From Anaerohalosphaeraceae bacterium (GTDB lineage: Bacteria; Planctomycetota; Phycisphaerae; Sedimentisphaerales; Anaerohalosphaeraceae): a stretch of DNA of 64,000 nt. Positions 29,928 through 38,697 of this stretch are shown piece by piece. A program made the translations under genes and the position numbers. The stretch lies in the NCBI GenBank assembly GCA_050309605.1, contig JBNRMN010000052.1, positions 3,794 to 67,793 of the forward strand, read 5' to 3'. Position 1 is the stretch's first letter, and every line of letters begins with the position of its first letter. The notes beneath the pieces were generated by a model. That model saw only the letters and a list, made by a program, of their open reading frames with translations. It was not told where the DNA came from and ran no database searches.

Positions 29928-31292
29928 TCAATACAACGTATCCACCCCCAACGGACGGGCTGTTTTCCACGCGCCGCGCGTAAAATCGGGGAATTTGACC
30001 GGTTCGCCGTTGCGCGCGACGGATTTTTCGCTCAGCGGAATGACCGCATTCCACACGACCGAGTCATACACATTGATGTCCGGCTGAAGCCCTTTGCGCA
30101 GGGCCTGAATCAAACGATAATCCTCAATGAAATCCATTCCGCCGTGACCGGCCCCGGCGGCATCTTCTTTCAGCTTCGTCCAGACGGGGTGTTCAAACTC
30201 GTCAAAATACGCCTCCAGCTTGTCCCACTGATGAGAACGGCTTCGACCTTCGATATGCACCAACTGCTCCGGATATTTGCGCGCCAGCCCTCGGGTGCCC
30301 TGCACCAGAAAGTCCCGACTGTAAGGCCGCGGCAGATTGGTGTCATGCTTGCAGATGATGGTCTTGCCGTTTTTCGTGCGAATCAGACACGTATTGACAT
30401 CCCCCAGCGCAAATTTCTGATGAACCCATTCGCTGTCCGGATAATGCTCACGGGCATACGCATTCAGCCCGCGCCCTTTGCTGCTGAATGAGACCATATA
30501 ATCCAGCGCATCGCCGTGATGAATCCCCATACACCACGCCATCGGGCCGATGCCGTGCTGCGGATACAGATTGCCGTTGCGTTTGATAGAATACTGCAAA
30601 CGCCACATATTGTAATAGTACGTCGGCGACAGTTTCAGCGCCCGCAGATCATGCAGATAGCCGCACTCGCCGTGAATCATCTCACCGAACAGGCCCTTTT
30701 GAATCATATTCAAAAGCACCATCTCCGTGTAATCATAACAGCAGTTCTCCATCATCATACAGTGGCGGCGATGTTTCTCCGACGTCTCGACCAGCTCCCA
30801 GCAATCGTCCAGCGACATCGCCAGATTCAGCTCCGTGGCCGCATGCTTGCCGTTTCGCATCGCTGTCAGTGCAATCGGTGCGTGCCATTCCCACGGCGCG
30901 GCGCTATAGACCAGATCCAGCTCTTCCTGCTCGCACATCCGCTGGAAATCCCGCGGCCCGTCGGTATAGGCCGTCGGTTCCGGATGTCCCGCATCCATCA
31001 GGACTTGTTTGGCCCACGCCGTCCGTTCGGGACGCACGTCACAGACCGCGGCCACCTGACACCCTTCAATTCGCGAAAGATTACGAATATGCCCGCTGCC
31101 CATATTGCCAATCCCGACAAAGCCGACCTTGATCACATCCTTGGGGGGCGTCGGATAATTCAGCATCACAGCCGGTTCGGCCTTGTGAACCGACTGGGCA
31201 CAGCCGGAAAGCGTGGCACCGGCAACAACGGCGCCGAAGCCGGCCGCAGCGCTTGTTTTGAACAAATCTCTTCGGTTAATCGAATTTTTCAC
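29928..31292 (-). CDS. GH109-like NAD-dependent alpha-N-acetylgalactosaminidase (Gfo/Idh/MocA fold) with a TAT signal
   Basis: The twin-arginine signal is INRRDLFKTSAAAGFGAVVAGATLSGC. The Rossmann motif is VGFVGIGNMGSGH. A GH109-like core is present (GKHAATELNLA, HCMMMENCCYDY, GECGYLHDLR). A GTG start at 31292, preceded by AGGAACAGGAG, is more plausible than the track ATG at 31361. Confidence 0.7.
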   Translation of the reverse strand: MKNSINRRDLFKTSAAAGFGAVVAGATLSGCAQSVHKAEPAVMLNYPTPPKDVIKVGFVGIGNMGSGHIRNLSRIEGCQVAAVCDVRPERTAWAKQVLMDAGHPEPTAYTDGPRDFQRMCEQEELDLVYSAAPWEWHAPIALTAMRNGKHAATELNLAMSLDDCWELVETSEKHRRHCMMMENCCYDYTEMVLLNMIQKGLFGEMIHGECGYLHDLRALKLSPTYYYNMWRLQYSIKRNGNLYPQHGIGPMAWCMGIHHGDALDYMVSFSSKGRGLNAYAREHYPDSEWVHQKFALGDVNTCLIRTKNGKTIICKHDTNLPRPYSRDFLVQGTRGLARKYPEQLVHIEGRSRSHQWDKLEAYFDEFEHPVWTKLKEDAAGAGHGGMDFIEDYRLIQALRKGLQPDINVYDSVVWNAVIPLSEKSVARNGEPVKFPDFTRGAWKTARPLGVDTLY

Positions 31293-31454
31293 GTTCGCAC
31301 TCCTGTTCCTGAAGGGTTGGCGTTCACTGTATTTGAACCGATATTGTCCGCAGCGATCCAAGTGACATCAATTATAAGCGGATTATTTCTTGAACCCAAT
31401 AGACCAACGTAATATAATGATGGAAAATCGTAACATAAATTGAGGGTTCATACC

Positions 31455-32342
31455 ATGACAACCGGCGAAAAACAAAAGATAAAACGTCAATATACGTCCG
31501 GAAAGCCTGGAAATGTCATTGATGCGGATTACTTCTACTTTGATACAGCCCCGCGGGAGCACAACGATCTGGCCATTGTCTGCGGCGGATACGAAAAATG
31601 CGCCCCGGACTTTGACATCAATCGCAGCAACTATCCCTACTACTTTATCAAATATACCGTCAACGGCAAAGGAACGCTGCACATCGATTCACGGTCCCAC
31701 GCGCTGCGGCCGGGAATCCTGACCGGATTCGCCCCGGGCACCCCACACCATTACAAAGCCGACACGGCCAATCCGATGGAACATATTTTCATTACCTTTT
31801 TGGGGGATGACTGCGCCGACTTGTTCGCAAAAAGCACGCTGGCAGAAAAACACTGCATTCTGTCGGACAACCCCGATGAAACACTGAATCTGCTCAACAA
31901 AATCCTGCTGTTGGGCCATGAAAAAATCGATTATGCACAAGAGATCTGCTGTGCGTATCTGCGCATCCTGCTGTTGGAACAGCCCGCCTATGTGACGCAA
32001 AGTAAAGCCAATTATCCGATTTCCAAAGGCACTTACCTGGACTGCAAACGATACATCGACACCCATTTCTCAACCATTAAATCACCCAGTGAAGTCGCCG
32101 AAAAGTGCGGCATCGACGTCCGCTATTTATCGGTCCTGTTCAAGCGTTACTGCCACATTTCCCCCAGTCAGTACCTCCAGCGGCTCAAACTCAATAAAGC
32201 CGCCAATTTATTGCTGACCACCGATCTGGCCATTAAAGAAGTCGCTTATCGGGTTGGATTTGAGGATCCCTATCATTTCTCGAAAAATTTCAAAGATCTT
32301 CACGGACAAGCGCCCAATCATTATCGAAAAAATCACATGTGA
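31455..32342 (+). CDS. AraC-family transcriptional regulator (cupin sensor plus HTH), divergent from the glycan operon
   Basis: The C-terminal AraC HTH is VRYLSVLFKRYCHISPSQYLQRLKLNKAANLL...VAYRVGFEDPYHFSKNFK. The ATG at 31455 has GAGG 8 nt upstream. Confidence 0.85.
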   Translation: MTTGEKQKIKRQYTSGKPGNVIDADYFYFDTAPREHNDLAIVCGGYEKCAPDFDINRSNYPYYFIKYTVNGKGTLHIDSRSHALRPGILTGFAPGTPHHYKADTANPMEHIFITFLGDDCADLFAKSTLAEKHCILSDNPDETLNLLNKILLLGHEKIDYAQEICCAYLRILLLEQPAYVTQSKANYPISKGTYLDCKRYIDTHFSTIKSPSEVAEKCGIDVRYLSVLFKRYCHISPSQYLQRLKLNKAANLLLTTDLAIKEVAYRVGFEDPYHFSKNFKDLHGQAPNHYRKNHM

Positions 32343-32432
32343 TTCCATCCGAGACGCCCGCCTCCCAAGTCCGCATTGATGGATGTGCTGTCTTGACTGT
32401 TTTCGAGTATCGAGGGTTCTGCATCCGCTCGC

Positions 32433-35213
32433 TCAATCTTCCATCCACGTCGGACCGATAGCGATGTCCACCTTAAGAGGCACCCGCAGCGGCATCGCGC
32501 CGGTCATTTCGTCTTTAATCCACGCCGCATGCCGTTCGGCCTGGGCCTTCGGCAGTTCAAAAACCAGCTCGTCGTGAATTTGCAGAATCATTTTGACCTC
32601 CGGCTGTGTTTTTTCAATCCGGCGATGAATGTTGACCATCGCCACTTTGATTAAATCGGCGGCGGAACCTTGAATGACCGTATTGACCGCCAGTCGCTCA
32701 GCCTGCGACCGTACATTATGATTGCGGCTGTTCAGCCCGCTAATGGGACGCCGACGCCCCAAAATCGTCTCGGCATATCCTTGTTTTTGGGCCTTGGCAA
32801 TGACTTGGTCCATAAATGCCCGAATCGATTTATAACGCGCAAAATAGTCATTGATAAATTGCCGGGCTTCCTGCTGACTGATGCCGACACTCCGCGCCAA
32901 ACCGAACGGCCCCTGCCCGTAAATGATGCCGAAATTGACCCCTTTGGATTTACTTCGCATCTGTGGCGTAACCTCCTCAATCGGCACACCGTAGATTTGC
33001 GAAGCGACAAAACTGTGAATATCGCGATCTTCGGCAAACGCCTTGAGCAAGGCCGCATCCCCGGAAAAATGCGCCAGCAGCCGAAGCTCAATCTGCGAAT
33101 AATCGGCGCTGAGAATGCAGCCGTCCTCATCTGCGGGCACAAACGCCGCACGAATTCGGCGCCCCAGCTCGGTACGCACCGGAATATTCTGAAGATTCGG
33201 ATCCGACGAGCTGAGCCGACCGGTTGCCGTTACCGTTTGGTTGAAGGAGGCATGCACACGACCGGTCCGCGGGTTGATCAATTGCCCCAGCTTGTCAATA
33301 TAAGTATTCTTGAGTTTGACAAGTTGACGGTATTGCAGAATCAGCGGGACAATCTCATGCCGACCGGCCAACTGCTCCAGCACACCAACGTCAGTGCTGC
33401 GTTGAGTCTTGCCGGACTTGATGCTTTCCAGGCCGAGCCGATCAAACAAAATTTCGCCAAGCTGCCTGGGAGAATCTATGTTAAACGACACCCCCGCCAA
33501 CTGAAATATTGTGTCGGTCAGTTCACCGATTGTATCGGAAATATCGTTGCTCATGCGCCGCAGCAGCGCCGTATCCAGCGACACACCATTGGCCTCCATA
33601 CGGGCCAGCACCTCCACCAGCGGCATCTCAACCGTTTCGAATAATTTTTTCAAGGCCGGCTGGGCATCGAGCCGCCGTGAAAGATACGCATAAAGCTGCC
33701 ATGTCACATCGGCATCCTCGGCGGCATAATCGCACGCGGCCTGCGTATCTATCTGATCAAACGTGCGCTGGTTCTTTCCTTTGCCAATGAGCGACGTGAT
33801 GGCAATCGGCTCATACCCCAGGTAATCCCGACTCATTGCATCCATCGAATGACTGCCGCGATCCGGCGACAGACAATACGAGGCCACCATCGTATCAAAC
33901 ACGCCGCCCTCCGAGACGGCGACCGGCATACCGGCATTTTCCAGCACAAGCCAGTCGTACTTAAGGTTCTGGGCGACTTTATACCGCGTCGCATCCGCCA
34001 AAATCGGCCCTATAGCCGTCTTGACATCCTCCAGTTCAAGGCGATTTTGCCCCAGCGGTGCTCGAACTGGCAGATACCACCCCGTGTGTGCCTGCCACGA
34101 AAAACTCAACCCCGCCAGATCGGCCCGCATTGCATCAATGTGTGTCGTTTCGGTGTCAAAGGCGAACTGTTTCTGCGTTTTCAGTGCGTTGACAAAAGCA
34201 TCCAGTTTCTCCGGTGTATCGACCAGATGATACACCTTGTTGGCCGGTCGCACCGACGGCGGCTCACGATCATCTTCAAAAAGGCTGCCCTGTCCTTTTC
34301 GCGCGACGGGCGGCTGGCCGGCATTCGACGGCGAGGCGTTCGAGCCATCGGCCTTTAGCCCCATCTGCGACAGCAGCCGGGTAAACCCCAGCTCCGAAAA
34401 CACCGCCGCCAGTCGTTCCTTGTCCGCCTCGGATACCCGGAACAGCGACTGGTCAAACGCGACCGGCGCATCGCAATGGAGAGTCACCAGCTCGCGGCTT
34501 AACTCAATCTTATCTTTATTGGCGCGCAGATTGTCGCCCCGCTTACCCTTGATTTCATCGGCGTGGGCCAACAGCGCATCCAGCGACCCGTATTTTTTGA
34601 TCCAGTCCATCGCCGTCTTCGGCCCGACATCCGGCACGCCCGGCACGTTGTCGGCGGTATCGCCCTGCAGCGCCAGTACATCCACAAACTGCTCAGGCCG
34701 AAGCCCCGTCTCGGCCAGCAGCGCTTCGGGATCGGTCTTTTTACCGGTCTTGATGTCGTAGGCAAACACCGACGGCCCCAAAACCTGAAGCATATCCTTG
34801 TCTTTGGAACAGATATACACCTCCACGCCCCGTTTGACAGCGGCCGCGGCCAGCGTCCCCATCACATCATCGGCCTCATAACCGTCCACCCGCAGCATGG
34901 GAATCCGCAGCGCTTCAAGAATCTGCTCAATACGGGCAATCTGCCCCGGCATATCTTCCGGCATCGGCGGACGATGAGCCTTGTACTCCGGATAAATCGA
35001 CGTGCGGAAACCGGGCGTCTTGGAGTCCATCGCCACGACCAGCATATCCGGCTTTTCCCGCTCCAGCAGGCCCAGCAGCGCCGTGGTAAACACATACACC
35101 GCTTTGGTCGGTTCGCCGTTGGGCGCATTAAGCGGACGCATCGGAGCATAATAGGCCGAATAAATATGGGCATGCCCGTCGATGATAAACAAACGCGGCG
35201 TTTTCTTCGTCAT
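32433..35213 (-). CDS. polA: DNA polymerase I
   Basis: The 926-aa product has a 5'-3' exonuclease N-terminus (LFIIDGHAHIYSAYYA), a 3'-5' exonuclease domain, and Pol A motifs (DYSQIELRLLAH, RSKSKGVNFGIIYG, QIHDELVFE). Confidence 0.95.
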   Translation of the reverse strand: MTKKTPRLFIIDGHAHIYSAYYAPMRPLNAPNGEPTKAVYVFTTALLGLLEREKPDMLVVAMDSKTPGFRTSIYPEYKAHRPPMPEDMPGQIARIEQILEALRIPMLRVDGYEADDVMGTLAAAAVKRGVEVYICSKDKDMLQVLGPSVFAYDIKTGKKTDPEALLAETGLRPEQFVDVLALQGDTADNVPGVPDVGPKTAMDWIKKYGSLDALLAHADEIKGKRGDNLRANKDKIELSRELVTLHCDAPVAFDQSLFRVSEADKERLAAVFSELGFTRLLSQMGLKADGSNASPSNAGQPPVARKGQGSLFEDDREPPSVRPANKVYHLVDTPEKLDAFVNALKTQKQFAFDTETTHIDAMRADLAGLSFSWQAHTGWYLPVRAPLGQNRLELEDVKTAIGPILADATRYKVAQNLKYDWLVLENAGMPVAVSEGGVFDTMVASYCLSPDRGSHSMDAMSRDYLGYEPIAITSLIGKGKNQRTFDQIDTQAACDYAAEDADVTWQLYAYLSRRLDAQPALKKLFETVEMPLVEVLARMEANGVSLDTALLRRMSNDISDTIGELTDTIFQLAGVSFNIDSPRQLGEILFDRLGLESIKSGKTQRSTDVGVLEQLAGRHEIVPLILQYRQLVKLKNTYIDKLGQLINPRTGRVHASFNQTVTATGRLSSSDPNLQNIPVRTELGRRIRAAFVPADEDGCILSADYSQIELRLLAHFSGDAALLKAFAEDRDIHSFVASQIYGVPIEEVTPQMRSKSKGVNFGIIYGQGPFGLARSVGISQQEARQFINDYFARYKSIRAFMDQVIAKAQKQGYAETILGRRRPISGLNSRNHNVRSQAERLAVNTVIQGSAADLIKVAMVNIHRRIEKTQPEVKMILQIHDELVFELPKAQAERHAAWIKDEMTGAMPLRVPLKVDIAIGPTWMED

Positions 35214-35269
35214 GCGGACCTTCGCTTTCGCTCAAATTCAAAACACCCACGGTCAAAATGCAGCGCAGG

Positions 35270-36586
35270 TCAACCGTTATTCTTCATAATCCAGCCGGTC
35301 AGTTGATCCACCCGGTCGCGAAACGCAGCGTCGGACTTATACAATTGCTCGATCTTGCTGCAGGCATGGACGACCGTCGAATGATCACGCCCGCCCAGAT
35401 GGCCGCCGATCTCTTCGAGACTGTGTCGGGTCAGATTGCGCGCCAGATACATACAAACCTGACGCGGCAGTGCGATGCTTTGGCTGCGTTTTTTGCTTTG
35501 CAGGTCGGTGATGCGTACATCGTACTGTTCGCTGACCGCACGCACGATATCGCTCATCGCGATGCTGCGCCCGGCGGCAGCCTCCTGAACACCGAGCGCC
35601 TGTTTGGCCAGTTCCAGCGTTATCGGCTGACCGGCGGCGCGAGCCGTGGCGTAGATCACCGTCAGCGCCCCTTCTAACTCGCGAATGTTGGTCTTGATTT
35701 GCTCGGCAATCAGCTCGGCCACGTTGTCCGGCAGCGTCAGACCGCGAAGATGAGCCTTCTTTTTGACAATAGCAATCCGCGTTTCATAGCTGGGCGGATC
35801 CAGCCGCGCGACCAGCCCCCACTTGAAACGGCTGATGAGCCGATCTTCCAGCGCCGCCAGGTCCTGCGGTGCGCTGTCGGCGGTCAGAACGATTTGTTTA
35901 CGATTGTTGTACAGCGCGTTGAAGGTATGAAAAAATTCTTCCTGACTCTGTTCCCGCTCGCGAAGAAACTGAATATCATCGATGATCAGAATATCGACGT
36001 TGCGATACTGATTTTGAAACTCCGGCAGGTTGCCCTGCTCAATGGCACTGATGAATCCATTGACAAACTGCTCGCAACTGTGAAATTCGATGCGCAGATA
36101 GGGCGACCGTTTATGCGCGTCGTGGCAAACCGCGTGCAGCAGGTGCGTCTTGCCCAGGCCGACGTTGCCGTATAAAAACAGCGGATTGTAAATCACCCCG
36201 GGGTTTTGACTGACGGCGATACAACTGGCGTGTGCCAACCGATTGCACGGGCCGACCACAAAACTGTCAAATGTATAATCCGGATGAAGACGCACCTGCG
36301 GCTGAACAACGACCGCATCAGCGGGACTGTGCTGTGTTCCGGTAACAACAAATTGAACGCCGACCAAATGCCCCGTGATACGCTGAGCCGCCTGCGTAAA
36401 AGCCGCCAGACAGCGTTCGTGCAAATACTGAGCCCACGACGGATCTGAGCAGCCCACCTGCAGCAGCCCCCCGTCAAACGACACCGGCGTCAGTTCATCA
36501 AACCACTTGCGGGTATTGACCGGATCGACGGATCGCACCTGTTCGAGTATGCGCTCCAGAATTTCAGATGTATCCTGAACGACCAA
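35270..36586 (-). CDS. dnaA: Chromosomal replication initiator protein DnaA
   Basis: Seen: the AAA+ Walker A motif YGNVGLGKTHLLHA, the Walker B motif DILIIDDIQFL, and the domain IV DNA-binding helix (LPRQVCMYLARNLTRHSLEEIGGHLGGRDHSTVVHA). Confidence 0.95.
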   Translation of the reverse strand: MVVQDTSEILERILEQVRSVDPVNTRKWFDELTPVSFDGGLLQVGCSDPSWAQYLHERCLAAFTQAAQRITGHLVGVQFVVTGTQHSPADAVVVQPQVRLHPDYTFDSFVVGPCNRLAHASCIAVSQNPGVIYNPLFLYGNVGLGKTHLLHAVCHDAHKRSPYLRIEFHSCEQFVNGFISAIEQGNLPEFQNQYRNVDILIIDDIQFLREREQSQEEFFHTFNALYNNRKQIVLTADSAPQDLAALEDRLISRFKWGLVARLDPPSYETRIAIVKKKAHLRGLTLPDNVAELIAEQIKTNIRELEGALTVIYATARAAGQPITLELAKQALGVQEAAAGRSIAMSDIVRAVSEQYDVRITDLQSKKRSQSIALPRQVCMYLARNLTRHSLEEIGGHLGGRDHSTVVHACSKIEQLYKSDAAFRDRVDQLTGWIMKNNG

Positions 36587-36862
36587 TGGTAACCTCGTTT
36601 ATCCTGAATGGCCTAAAAGACCGAAATCTTGATTTCTCGTCTCTACAAACAGGCCGAACGGGAAACAAAGCCCCCTTTTTCTGTCAGAAATTGCGGTTGC
36701 CATCTCCACCGTCAGCCAAAAAACAAACTGTACCGCCTCTGCGAAACATTGTCAAAGAAATTTACCGCAGCGCAGCAAACAGCGCAAATCCCCCCTGTTG
36801 ACGGCGATGACGCCGGTTTGAACAACACCCGGATCAGCGGACGGCGGCACTGTCCGGTCAGG

Positions 36863-37420
36863 TCAACGCGGCCACAACGCAATCATCGGCTCGGCCACGG
36901 CATTGGCTTTTTCCTCGCCCATCAACTGCCGCACCAACTCCAGCGCAAACTCCAGTGCCGTTCCCGGCCCCTGGCTGGTCACACAACGCCCATCGACCAC
37001 GACGCGCCGGGCCGCACAGGCGGCATCCGGCAGGGCATCGGCAAACGACGGATAACACGTCGCGTTTTGAGGCAGCAAACCGTGATGGGCCAGAACTACC
37101 GCCGGCGAGGCGCATATCGCCGCATACCAGCCGCCTCGCTGTTTCTGGGTCTTGAGCAGTTCAATCAGCATCTGACTGTCCCGCAGGTGTTCGGCGCCCG
37201 GCATGCCGCCGGGCAAGACGATGCAGGTGTAGGTTTTATCGGCGCATTGAGCGATCTGAGCATCAGCCGTCAGCTTGACACCCCGTGAGGCAGTGATCTG
37301 AAGCGAACCGACCGACGCAACCGTGACCTCAGCGCCGGCCCGACGCAGCACATCAATCACCGTCACCGCCTCCAGCTCCTCAATCCCGTCGGCAATCGCA
37401 ACAAGTATATTCACACCCAT
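36863..37420 (-). CDS. DJ-1/PfpI family protein (YajL/ThiJ-like)
   Basis: Seen: VLVAIADGIEELEAV, LPGGMPGAEHL, and the nucleophile elbow AAICASP. Confidence 0.85.
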   Translation of the reverse strand: MGVNILVAIADGIEELEAVTVIDVLRRAGAEVTVASVGSLQITASRGVKLTADAQIAQCADKTYTCIVLPGGMPGAEHLRDSQMLIELLKTQKQRGGWYAAICASPAVVLAHHGLLPQNATCYPSFADALPDAACAARRVVVDGRCVTSQGPGTALEFALELVRQLMGEEKANAVAEPMIALWPR

Positions 37421-37456
37421 TGAAATCCCCTTTCTGCATTCTGAGTTCCGTGTTCC

Positions 37457-38266
37457 TTACAGCAGCGGACGCAGCGTCCAGAATGTTTTATACACCGCGT
37501 CAAGGACGACGGCAAATACATAATTCATCGCCAGAATCGTCATAAAGCTGCCGACAAACGCCTCGGTACAGGCCTGCCCGACGCCCTGAGCGCCTTCCCG
37601 ACAGGTAAACCCCTTGTAACAGCTAATCAACGCAATCGCCCCGCCGAAAAAGAACCCTTTTAATATACCCGTGCAGACGTCCCATAGTTCGACGCCCTGG
37701 GCACTGTAATCCCAGTACGCCCCCGCATTGATATTCAGTTGAGAAACGCTGATAAAATAGCCGCCCAAAATACCCAAAAAATCGGCGTAGATAATCAAAA
37801 ACGGCGTCAACAGCAGGCACGCCAGCACCCGCGGCGCGACCAGATACATCATCGGATCGGTCCCCATACTCCGCACCGCCGCGATCTGTTCGGTAACATT
37901 CATCGTTCCCAGCTCGGCCGTCAGCGCCCCGCCGACCCGCCCGGCCAGCATCACCGCCGCCAACACCGGCCCCAGCTCCTTGACGACCGCGATATTGATC
38001 AAAACACCAAGCCGCTCTTCCAGCCCCATCGCGGCCAGTTGACCAAAGGCCTGAATCGCCAAAATCATCCCGACAAACGCCCCCGTGGCCATAATGACCG
38101 GAACGCTGTGGACCCCGATCGCATTCATCTGGGTCAAAACGAATCCATAATAGCGGGGCTTGAAAATAATCTTGGCAATGGCACTGAGCGACCCGCCGGC
38201 AAACCGGACAAACCGCCCCAGCCGCTCGATACCGTTGATTGTGTTGGCGCCGACTCGTTCAAGCAT
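37457..38266 (-). CDS. mlaE: MlaE-family ABC transporter permease
   Basis: The polytopic 269-aa protein has the typical MlaE/YrbE pattern (FVGMILAIQ, VVKELGPVLAAVMLAGRVGGALTAELGTM). Confidence 0.85.
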   Translation of the reverse strand: MLERVGANTINGIERLGRFVRFAGGSLSAIAKIIFKPRYYGFVLTQMNAIGVHSVPVIMATGAFVGMILAIQAFGQLAAMGLEERLGVLINIAVVKELGPVLAAVMLAGRVGGALTAELGTMNVTEQIAAVRSMGTDPMMYLVAPRVLACLLLTPFLIIYADFLGILGGYFISVSQLNINAGAYWDYSAQGVELWDVCTGILKGFFFGGAIALISCYKGFTCREGAQGVGQACTEAFVGSFMTILAMNYVFAVVLDAVYKTFWTLRPLL

Positions 38267-38697
38267 CGTTCAAAAGGTCTTCAAATAATTCACGTCCTGC
38301 GTTTTCTTATTGGTTTATCGAACTGAAGTTACACAAACCTTTACAGAAACTGCCCAGGGAAATCTGTAAGGCCCCATTTATTCAAAAACCCCAACCATTC
38401 TTTTCTAAGTTTCCCATATTAACATCTGTAAAAAAGTTGACCTATCCAGAGAAAACAAACTCTTGTTTTATCGGTCTCGAATTTTTCGAATTTATATTAA
38501 CCTATTTCAATAAATAGTTTACAAACAAATCACTGATTCCTCAAAAAAATCTCCAAATACCCCATATTGCCCATTTTAACTAAAGTTTTCACCCCCTCCA
38601 TCCGATAGCAACCTGAAGACAAAGCAGCCAGATTAACAGACAAAAGGGAAAATTGGTAAAATAAGAAACTTTGAAACATTCAAAAAGAGAGGAACCT

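Noticed and set aside
36587-36862. oriC with DnaA boxes immediately upstream of dnaA
   Set aside because: I saw only one weak match (TTATCCTGA, 7/9). The region is not notably AT-rich and has no reiterated motifs. The AT-rich region at 38267-38697 is a better, though still unproven, candidate.
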